Shown here: positions 57,115 through 64,000 of the stretch, in pieces | How positions within the stretch are numbered: position 1 is the stretch's first letter | Layout: each line of letters begins with the position of its first letter | From: Candidatus Nomurabacteria bacterium RIFCSPHIGHO2_12_FULL_42_19 | GTDB taxonomy: Bacteria > Patescibacteriota > Minisyncoccia > Phycocordibacterales > UBA9973 | Direction of reading: 5' to 3' | DNA length: 64,000 nt | Assembly: GCA_001786955.1 (NCBI GenBank) | Contig: MFUM01000005.1 | Coordinates: 24,645-88,644 of the forward strand | Position numbers and translations under genes: made by a program | Notes under the pieces: generated by a model | Told to the model about the DNA's origin: nothing | Seen by the model: the letters and a program-made list of their open reading frames with translations, nothing else | Database searches by the model: none

Positions 57115-57223
57115 AAATTAGAACAATGATTTTAAGGGGTTTTGAGCGCGACGGCGCGAAAACTTCAGGATTTTTTAAGCTTCAAAAAATCCGTACCGGC
57201 AAAATCATTGTTCTGAATTTCTA
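57112..57223 (+). repeat. Hairpin element downstream of fusA (family with 4958-5048)
   Basis: Arms TAGAAATTAGAACAATGATTTT / AAAATCATTGTTCTGAATTTCTA around the shared core. Confidence 0.8.
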
Positions 57224-57254
57224 TTCAGCTAATTTTTTGCTAGTATTATGAATA

Positions 57255-58343
57255 ATGCTTCACACCCCCTTTTACGACCCGGGAAAAACCTACGAAGAAA
57301 ACTTTGAACAAGGGCCTTTTGGCGCTTTTGCCAACAAAGAAAGGGAAAATGTCCAGAGTTCGACTCTTGACACTAGCGGGCCGAGGTATGATTTTCTTGG
57401 TTTTAAAGTAAATTCACCTTTTGGTATTCCGGCCGGACCGCTAATTAATGGAAATTTTGTAAAGGCGGCACTCGAAAAAGGTTTCGATATTGTCACTTAC
57501 AAAACAGTCCGCAGTAGAAAATATCCCTGCCATCCATGGCCAAATGTTATGTCTGTAAAAGTTGATGGAGATTTAACTTTAGAAAAAGCACAAGGGACGC
57601 TAGTGGCAGATAGAAATTATCATGAACCACTTTCTATCACCAACTCTTTTGGTGTGCCGTCACGCGAGTCAGAATTTTGGCAAAAAGACTTGAGTAATGC
57701 TGTGTTATATGCCCATACCGGGCAAATTGTCGTCGGTGCTTTTCAAGGTACAAAAAAAGAAGAACAGAGTGTGGAAGAATATATAAATGATTATGCTATG
57801 GTTGCAAGGCTTATGAAAGAAACAAATGTGTCGGTTATTGAAGTAAATTTAAGTTGCCCAAATGAAGGCACCAATAATTTACTTTGTTATGACACAGAGC
57901 GAAGTGTGAAAGTGGCTCGTGTAATCAAAAAAGTAATAGAAAATACTCCTCTTATTATAAAAATTGGATATTTTAAAGACGATGAGGCATTGAAAAGTTT
58001 TGTAAAAGAAATTGGCTCTGTCGTGCAAGGTATTTCTGCCATCAATACTATTGCTGCAGAAATTGTGGATGAAAATGGCAATCAGGCGCTTCCGGGAGAG
58101 GGAAGATTAAAAAGCGGGGTCTGTGGTCACGCCATCAAATGGGCGGGGCTCAATATGGTCCGGAAATTAAAAAAATTGCGCGAAAAATTTAATTATAATT
58201 TCCAAATTATCGGTGTTGGGGGAGTAACCACGGCGGATGATTTCTTTGAATACCGCGAGGCCGGAGCGGATTTTGTAATGTCGGCGACCGGAGCAATGTG
58301 GAACCCTTATCTTGCCAAAGAGATAAAGGAAAGGTTAGGATAA
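57255..58343 (+). CDS. Dihydroorotate dehydrogenase-family flavoprotein
   Basis: PFGIPAG, KTV, NSFG, EVNLSCPN, K, INT, SG, GVGGV; clustered with pyrE and pyrF. Confidence 0.8.
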   Translation: MLHTPFYDPGKTYEENFEQGPFGAFANKERENVQSSTLDTSGPRYDFLGFKVNSPFGIPAGPLINGNFVKAALEKGFDIVTYKTVRSRKYPCHPWPNVMSVKVDGDLTLEKAQGTLVADRNYHEPLSITNSFGVPSRESEFWQKDLSNAVLYAHTGQIVVGAFQGTKKEEQSVEEYINDYAMVARLMKETNVSVIEVNLSCPNEGTNNLLCYDTERSVKVARVIKKVIENTPLIIKIGYFKDDEALKSFVKEIGSVVQGISAINTIAAEIVDENGNQALPGEGRLKSGVCGHAIKWAGLNMVRKLKKLREKFNYNFQIIGVGGVTTADDFFEYREAGADFVMSATGAMWNPYLAKEIKERLG

Positions 58344-58347
58344 ATTT

Positions 58348-59001
58348 ATGAAAGAAGTTTTGAATATTTTGAAAAGTGTCGGAGCTATAATTACCAATAG
58401 TCATTTGGTGGGTACCTCCGGGAATCATATGCCAGCCTATATTAATAAGGATGCACTTCTACCCCACACAGAATATGTATCAGAGGTCGGAAAATTATTT
58501 GCTCAGAAATTTAAAAATAAAAATATTGAAGTTGTTATTTCTCCGGCCGTTGCCGGGATTCCATTTTCCCAATGGACAGCATATCATTTAAGTAAAATTT
58601 CCAAAAAGGAAGTTTTAAGCATTTTTACCGAAAAAACTCTTGAAAATAATCAGATATTTAAACGAGGTTATGACATAATGGTTAAAGATAAGCGTGTGCT
58701 TGTCGTTGAAGACACAACGACAACAGGTGGTTCAGTAAAAAAAGTAATCAATAGTGTAAGAAAGGCCGGAGGTAAAGTGATTGCTGCCGGTGTCATGATA
58801 AACCGAGATCCAAAATTAGTAAATTCCAAAAGCATCGGAGTTCCATTTTTCGCGCTTGGGATTTTTAAAATTCCATCATACAAAGAGAAGAATTGTCCAT
58901 TATGTAAAGCTAGAGTCCCTATAAATACAAAATTTGGCCATGGGAAAAAGTTTTTAGCCTCGTCCATAGGTCGGGCTATGACCAAGGGAATCAAAAAATA
59001 A
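58348..59001 (+). CDS. pyrE: Orotate phosphoribosyltransferase
   Basis: H..GTSG.H...YINK, VLVVEDTTTTGGSV PRPP motif, CPLC. Confidence 0.85.
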   Translation: MKEVLNILKSVGAIITNSHLVGTSGNHMPAYINKDALLPHTEYVSEVGKLFAQKFKNKNIEVVISPAVAGIPFSQWTAYHLSKISKKEVLSIFTEKTLENNQIFKRGYDIMVKDKRVLVVEDTTTTGGSVKKVINSVRKAGGKVIAAGVMINRDPKLVNSKSIGVPFFALGIFKIPSYKEKNCPLCKARVPINTKFGHGKKFLASSIGRAMTKGIKK

Positions 59002-59033
59002 ATACGTATTCGAATACGTATTTAAATACGTAT
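58999..59033. repeat. Overlapping perfect palindromes / three ATACGTAT copies at a 12-bp period
   Basis: TAAATACGTATTCGAATACGTATTTAAATACGTAT. Confidence 0.85.
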
Positions 59034-59042
59034 ATCCAAATC

Positions 59043-59864
59043 ATGATTATAGACAAATACAACCAAAGAGCCAAAGAAATAAATTCACTGCTTTGTGTTG
59101 GTTTGGATGCGGATTTTGAGAAAATACCCGACCGGTTTTTGACCGACGAAATGCCGCAATTCTCTTTTAATAAATATATTATTGAGGAAACGCATGAATA
59201 CGCCGCCGCTTTCAAAATGAATATCGCTTTCTATGAAGCGCGCGGGGACCAGGGATTAAAAGAGCTAAAAGAAACAATGGAATATCTTCAAAAAAATTAC
59301 CCTGACATCTTTCTAATTTGTGATTGCAAGCGCGCGGATATCGGCAATACCAATCAGGGCTATGTGGATGAACTTTTTGACTGGTTTGGTTTTGATGCAA
59401 TTACTATTCATCCTTATCTAGGCGGCGAAGCATTGCAGCCATTTTTAAACAGAAAAGATAAAGGTTGTATTATTTTATGCCGAACATCAAATCCGGGCGC
59501 GGGAGAATTACAGGACTTAATGGTAAGCAACCCGCCTTCACAAAGTTTCGGCGAGGCGAGGCCGCTTTGGCAGATTGTGGCAGAAAAAGTTTCTAAGGAT
59601 TGGAACAAGAATGATAATTGCCTACTAGTCGTCGGCGCGACCTATCCGGAAGAAATGAAAAAAATCAGGAATCTTGTCGGCGAAATGACTTTTTTGGTTC
59701 CCGGCATAGGTGTGCAAGGCGGGGATATAAAATCCGTGCTAGAAGCCGGGCTAAATAGCCAAGGCCTCGGGCTTATCATCAATTCTTCCCGCAGCATAAT
59801 TTTCTCCGAAAATCCCAAAAAGGAAGCCCAGAAACTCTGCGAGGAGATAAGAAAATATAAGTAA
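59043..59864 (+). CDS. pyrF: Orotidine 5'-phosphate decarboxylase
   Basis: LCVGLD, K.N.AFYE, DCKRADIGNT, RTSNPG, VVGATYP, PGIG.QGG, NSSR. Confidence 0.95.
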   Translation: MIIDKYNQRAKEINSLLCVGLDADFEKIPDRFLTDEMPQFSFNKYIIEETHEYAAAFKMNIAFYEARGDQGLKELKETMEYLQKNYPDIFLICDCKRADIGNTNQGYVDELFDWFGFDAITIHPYLGGEALQPFLNRKDKGCIILCRTSNPGAGELQDLMVSNPPSQSFGEARPLWQIVAEKVSKDWNKNDNCLLVVGATYPEEMKKIRNLVGEMTFLVPGIGVQGGDIKSVLEAGLNSQGLGLIINSSRSIIFSENPKKEAQKLCEEIRKYK

Positions 59865-59882
59865 ATGCGATATAATTCTTTT

Positions 59883-60092
59883 ATGGATGAAGGCTTAAGA
59901 AAAAAAGAGAAAGCGACAGATATGGAATTAGCATTATTCCTGATTAAACATATTAATGATCCCTGTGAGGATTTGGAGGGAAATAATATCAGAGATTTTT
60001 ATATAAGAGAAGCCAAAAAAGCATTACCAACCATACAAGACGCAGAAGCAAAAAGACTCCTTGAGGAAATTATACAGGAATATTCCGTTTGA
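59883..60092 (+). CDS. Small hypothetical protein
   Basis: ATG shortly after TATAAT; charged helical sequence. Confidence 0.55.
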   Translation: MDEGLRKKEKATDMELALFLIKHINDPCEDLEGNNIRDFYIREAKKALPTIQDAEAKRLLEEIIQEYSV

Positions 60093-60241
60093 CAACATTT
60101 TTTAATCTGCTATTATATTCCTAAGGCCCTTTCGGGTCTTTTGTATTGATTTTTTATTATTAGTTATTAATTATCGTTAGTAATTAGGCCTTAGCGACTG
60201 GTTCTCGTACGTTGAGTCTTAACTATTAGCCCAAAATTTAT

Positions 60242-61435
60242 ATGGCAGAAGAATTTAAGAGAGATAAGCCGCATATCAATGTCGGCACCATCGGTCACGT
60301 TGACCATGGAAAGACCACTTTGACCGCTGCAATCTTGCACGTGTTGAATATGGCCGGAAAAACAGTCAGGCTCCGCGGGGTTGATCAGATTGATAACGCT
60401 CCCGAAGAAAAAGCCCGGGGAATTACCATTAACATTTCCCACAACGAGTACGCGACCGATGCCCGCCACTATGCGCACATCGATGCTCCCGGACACGCGG
60501 ATTACATCAAAAATATGATTACCGGTGCCGCTCAGATGGACGGCGCTATTCTTGTAGTTGCGGCGACTGACGGCGCGATGCCTCAGACCCGCGAACACGT
60601 TCTTCTTGCGAAACAAGTCGGCGTGCCAAAAATGATTGTTTTCCTGAACAAATGCGATATGGTTGAAGATAAAGACATGATTGATCTCGTTGAAGAAGAA
60701 ATCCGCGAACTTCTGACCAAGCAGGGATTTGACGGGAAAGACGCTCCGGTTATCCGCGGTTCCGCGCTTAAAGCTCTTGAATCAAAATCTCTTGATGATG
60801 AATGGGCCAAGAAAATTCTTGAACTTGTCAACGCCCTTGATACCTACATCCCGATTCCGGAGCGAGACATCAAGAAGCCTTTCCTTATGCCGGTTGAAGA
60901 CATCTTCTCAATTGAGGGCCGAGGCACAGTTGTGACTGGCAAGATCGAAAGAGGATTGGTAAAAGTTGGCGAGGAAGTGGAAGTTGTCGGGATTAAACCA
61001 ACTCAAAAAACAACCGTTACCGGAATTGAAATGTTCAACAAAAATCTGCAGGAAGGTATGGCTGGCGACAATGCCGGCGTTCTTCTCCGGGGTTTGAAAA
61101 AAGAGGACATTACTCGTGGGCAGGTTCTGGCAAAACCGGGGACAGTTACCCCGCATGATAATTTTACTTGCGAAATATACGTTTTGAAAAAAGAAGAAGG
61201 CGGGCGCCACACCCCGTTCTTCAAGGGCTATAAGCCTCAGTTCTATATTCGCACAACGGATGTGACTGGCGACGTGACTCTTGCCGAAGGCACGGAAATG
61301 GTTATGCCGGGGGATACAGTTAAAATTACGGTTAAATTAGTTACTCCGGTTGCGCTGGAGGAGTCCCAAAGATTCGCTGTCCGCGAAGGGGGCAAGACTG
61401 TCGGTGCGGGAGTCGTTACAAAGATTTTGGGGTAG
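60242..61435 (+). CDS. tuf: Elongation factor Tu
   Basis: [40 protein letters not shown]. Confidence 0.99.
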   Translation: MAEEFKRDKPHINVGTIGHVDHGKTTLTAAILHVLNMAGKTVRLRGVDQIDNAPEEKARGITINISHNEYATDARHYAHIDAPGHADYIKNMITGAAQMDGAILVVAATDGAMPQTREHVLLAKQVGVPKMIVFLNKCDMVEDKDMIDLVEEEIRELLTKQGFDGKDAPVIRGSALKALESKSLDDEWAKKILELVNALDTYIPIPERDIKKPFLMPVEDIFSIEGRGTVVTGKIERGLVKVGEEVEVVGIKPTQKTTVTGIEMFNKNLQEGMAGDNAGVLLRGLKKEDITRGQVLAKPGTVTPHDNFTCEIYVLKKEEGGRHTPFFKGYKPQFYIRTTDVTGDVTLAEGTEMVMPGDTVKITVKLVTPVALEESQRFAVREGGKTVGAGVVTKILG

Positions 61436-61532
61436 CCCAAAATCTTTGAGTGACTAGTGTCTAGGTGCTGGTGACCAGTGAAGTTCATTAAAAATCTAAA
61501 AGCTAGAACCTACAAACTAGAACCTAATTCAA

Positions 61533-61976
61533 ATGACAACAACAGAGACAAAAATAAAAAAGCCGAAAGTGGTAAAAAAAACGGCAGTGACGAAGACCAC
61601 AAAAATAGCTAAAAAATCCAAAGTTTCTCCCAAAAAAGAGAAATCTGTCCATATAAGCGGGAGCGACAGTAAAGTAGTTCTCCGCATCCGGGTTCGCGCT
61701 TACGAGAGCAAGATTTTGGATGCTTCCATTAAACAGATTATGGATACCGCTATGCGTTATGATGCCGTAATTGTGGGTCCTGTGCCATTGCCGACCGAAA
61801 TAAAAAAATACACAGTCAACCGTTCTCCTTTCATTTATAAAAATACGCGGGAACAGTTTGAAATAAGAGTGCATAAACGGTTGATTGACATTATAAATCC
61901 GAATGCTAAGACCGTTGAAGCCCTGACTAATCTTTCGCTTCCTTCCGGAGTCGATATTGACGTGAAAATGATGTAG
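61533..61976 (+). CDS. rpsJ: 30S ribosomal protein S10 with Lys-rich N-terminal extension
   Basis: LRIRVRAYE..ILD, GPVPLPT, REQFEIRVHKRLID, LPSGVDI. Confidence 0.97.
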   Translation: MTTTETKIKKPKVVKKTAVTKTTKIAKKSKVSPKKEKSVHISGSDSKVVLRIRVRAYESKILDASIKQIMDTAMRYDAVIVGPVPLPTEIKKYTVNRSPFIYKNTREQFEIRVHKRLIDIINPNAKTVEALTNLSLPSGVDIDVKMM

Positions 61977-61979
61977 ATT

Positions 61980-62594
61980 ATGAAATTCATACTTGGGACA
62001 AAAGAAAATATGACGGAATATTTTTCCGAAGATGGCGTTGTCATTCCGGTAACAATACTTTCGGCGGGACCCGTGACGGTAACAAGGATTTTTGAAAAAT
62101 CCAAAGACGGCTATGATTCCGTTCAGGTTGGTTTCGGTGCGCAAAAAAAAGAAAGAATCACAAAATCCCGCGCCGGAGCGATGAAGGGCGCTTTCTACAA
62201 AAATCTTAAAGAGTTCAGGCTCAAATCCGGAGATAAAATAGACGTTAAAGAAGGCGCCAGTATTGATGTTTCAGTCTTTGTTCCCGGCGACAAGATAGAA
62301 GTTTCCAGTATTTCCAAAGGCAAAGGCTTTCAAGGTGTCGTGAAGCGTCACGGCTTTCATGGCGGCCCGCGCACTCACGGCCAAAAGCATTCGGAACGGG
62401 AACCCGGAAGCATCGGCGGAGGTCTGCGGACTCATGTACCGAAGGGGATGAGAATGGCGGGCAGAATGGGCTCCGACCGCATCACTCAGAAAAATCTGCA
62501 AGTTGTTTTAGTGGATAAGGAAAATAATTTAATGCTGGTTAAAGGAGCAATCGCCGGCCGGCGTGGGACTTTGGTGGAAGTAATAAGCAGATGA
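61980..62594 (+). CDS. rplC: 50S ribosomal protein L3
   Basis: G.K..MT, DGYDSVQVG, SKGKGFQGVVKRHGF, MAGRMG. Confidence 0.98.
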   Translation: MKFILGTKENMTEYFSEDGVVIPVTILSAGPVTVTRIFEKSKDGYDSVQVGFGAQKKERITKSRAGAMKGAFYKNLKEFRLKSGDKIDVKEGASIDVSVFVPGDKIEVSSISKGKGFQGVVKRHGFHGGPRTHGQKHSEREPGSIGGGLRTHVPKGMRMAGRMGSDRITQKNLQVVLVDKENNLMLVKGAIAGRRGTLVEVISR

Positions 62595-62597
62595 TAG

Positions 62598-62660
62598 CAT
62601 TTTGCTTTTTGTAATTTTTTAGCCCTACGACGGTCTTCAAAAATCACAAAAAGCAAAATG
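62598..62660. repeat. Intergenic hairpin element, copy 1 (rplC-rplD)
   Basis: Core TAATTTTTTAGCCCTACGACGGTCTTCAAAAATCACAAA within arms CATTTTGCTTTT/AAAAGCAAAATG. Confidence 0.85.
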
Positions 62661-62675
62661 ATATCAGAAAAATTC

Positions 62676-63335
62676 ATGGAAGCAAAAATATACAATCAAA
62701 AAGGAACCGAGACCGGAAAAATAAATCTTCCGGTAAAAGTTTTCGGCGCCAAATGGCGGACGGACTTGGTGCACCAAGTCGTGGAAGGAATGCGCAGCAA
62801 CAAGCGTGCCGGCACGGCAGACACCAAAGACCGCGGAGAAGTGCGCGGCGGAGGCAGGAAGCCCTGGAAACAGAAGGGAACCGGACGCGCGCGGCATGGG
62901 TCCTCTCGAAGCCCGATTTGGGTTGGCGGAGGTGTAACACACGGCCCATTGGCGGAGAAAAATTACAAGAGAAAAATCTCAAAAAAGATGCGCGCACAGG
63001 CTCTTTTCTCTGTCCTCTCCAAGAAGCTGAAAGACGGAGAAGTCATTTTTATCGATACGCTTATTTTGCCTGAAATGAAGACCCAAAAAGCCCTTGATGT
63101 TATGAAAAATTTGGCAAAAGCAACGGGATTAAAGCCATTTGCCGCATCAAAAAAATCCCGAATTCTCACAGCGCTCTTCGGGCGCAGTGAAAAAGCGGAA
63201 AAAAGCTTCAGGAACTTGCCCCAGCTGGAAATAGTTTTCCTGAAAAACCTGAACCCAATGGACGTGCTTAATCATCAATACCTTTTAATAGAAAATCCCG
63301 CCGAGGCAGTAAAATTTTTAGAATCCAGAGGGTAG
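62676..63335 (+). CDS. rplD: 50S ribosomal protein L4
   Basis: TKDRGEVRGGGRKPWKQKGTGRARHGS.RSP.WVGGG. Confidence 0.98.
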   Translation: MEAKIYNQKGTETGKINLPVKVFGAKWRTDLVHQVVEGMRSNKRAGTADTKDRGEVRGGGRKPWKQKGTGRARHGSSRSPIWVGGGVTHGPLAEKNYKRKISKKMRAQALFSVLSKKLKDGEVIFIDTLILPEMKTQKALDVMKNLAKATGLKPFAASKKSRILTALFGRSEKAEKSFRNLPQLEIVFLKNLNPMDVLNHQYLLIENPAEAVKFLESRG

Positions 63336-63401
63336 TTTTTCGTTCTTTATAATTTTTTAGCCCTACTACGGTCTTCAAAAATTACAAAGAACGAAAAACT
63401 A
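63333..63401. repeat. Intergenic hairpin element, copy 2 (rplD-rplW)
   Basis: Core TAATTTTTTAGCCCTACTACGGTCTTCAAAAATTACAAA within arms TAGTTTTTCGTTCTTT/AAAGAACGAAAAACTA. Confidence 0.85.
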
Positions 63402-63409
63402 TAAAAATC

Positions 63410-63679
63410 ATGAAAACAATTATTAAAAATCCAAGAGTTACAGAAAAAGCATCTTTTGCTGCCGAGCAGAATGTTTATATTTTTGATGTTGCGCAATCCG
63501 CCAATAAGACAGAAATCAAGAAAGCTGTTTTTATGCTTTACAAGGTAAAGCCGGTAAAAGTGAATGTTCTAAGTATTCCAAGGAAAAATATTATGTCAAA
63601 AGGCAAGGCTGGAGTGAAAGGCGGAGGCAGAAAAGCACTTGTTTATTTAAAAAAGGGTGACAAAATAGAATTTATATAA
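63410..63679 (+). CDS. rplW: 50S ribosomal protein L23
   Basis: P.VTEKA, ANKTEIKKAV, KVN, KA.V.LK.G. Confidence 0.96.
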   Translation: MKTIIKNPRVTEKASFAAEQNVYIFDVAQSANKTEIKKAVFMLYKVKPVKVNVLSIPRKNIMSKGKAGVKGGGRKALVYLKKGDKIEFI

Positions 63680-64000
63680 TGAAAACATATAAACCGACAA
63701 GCAAATCAAGAAGACAAATGACCAATGTGAGCTACAGGGGAGTTTTGACGACTTCAAAACCCGTCAAATCTCTTACCTATGGCTTCAGGCGCAGTGTTGG
63801 CCGCAATAGCCAGGGGCGCATCACCATGAGGCATAAGGGCAGTGGGCACAAGCGTCTTTTCCGCGAAGTTGATTTTTTGTATGACAAAAAAGAAATTCCG
63901 GCAAAAATAAAGTCGGTTGAATACGATCCGAATCGCTCGGCTTTTATCGGGTTGGCCGTTTATCGGGATGGAGAAAAAAGATATGTGGTATTACCAAAAT
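63679..64000 (+). CDS. rplB: 50S ribosomal protein L2 (3' truncated by window)
   Basis: MKTYKPTSKSRRQM...GRNSQGRITMRHKGSGHKRLFR...EYDPNRSA; TAATG overlap with rplW. Confidence 0.95.
   Translation, partial: MKTYKPTSKSRRQMTNVSYRGVLTTSKPVKSLTYGFRRSVGRNSQGRITMRHKGSGHKRLFREVDFLYDKKEIPAKIKSVEYDPNRSAFIGLAVYRDGEKRYVVLPK

Noticed and set aside
61450-61527. Short CTA-containing heptamer-like repeats between tuf and rpsJ
   Set aside because: Too degenerate to define a unit or function; probably a weak intergenic hairpin
1-64000. UGA recoding (code 25, as in Gracilibacteria/SR1)
   Set aside because: Conserved genes are full length in code 11 and several (murB, rplC, tsaC) end at TGA at the expected position

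Overview
A 64-kb window from a small, AT-rich bacterial genome using genetic code 11. Gene content and style suggest a CPR/Patescibacteria member, most likely Parcubacteria (inference from rplK without rplA, pilMNO, a Lys-rich S10 extension and tRNAs without CCA). The backbone holds polA (partial), holA-like, trmH-like, mutM, ruvA, rpsT, a MacAB-like ABC system, a two-component module, pilMNO, rplS, murB, secE-nusG-rplK, a DEAD helicase, rpmB, rpsL-rpsG-fusA-[pyrD-pyrE-pyrF]-tuf, the start of the S10 operon and seven tRNAs. A ~16-kb island after tRNA-Val/Arg (about 21.8-37.76 kb) is bounded by a 12-bp direct repeat. It carries a large serine recombinase, a single-chain R-M enzyme, a KAP NTPase, a ParB-fused MTase, several nucleases and two structured leaders. 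The most notable observations are: (1) a folate/pyrimidine cluster whose thymidylate synthase has Asp at the Asn177 specificity position, suggesting a dCMP-first route to dTMP or a methyl-cytosine pathway; (2) tandem tRNA-5'-end repeats sharing an identical 16-nt motif at two different tRNA genes; (3) several palindromic element families, inserted in frame in conserved proteins or at gene 3' ends.
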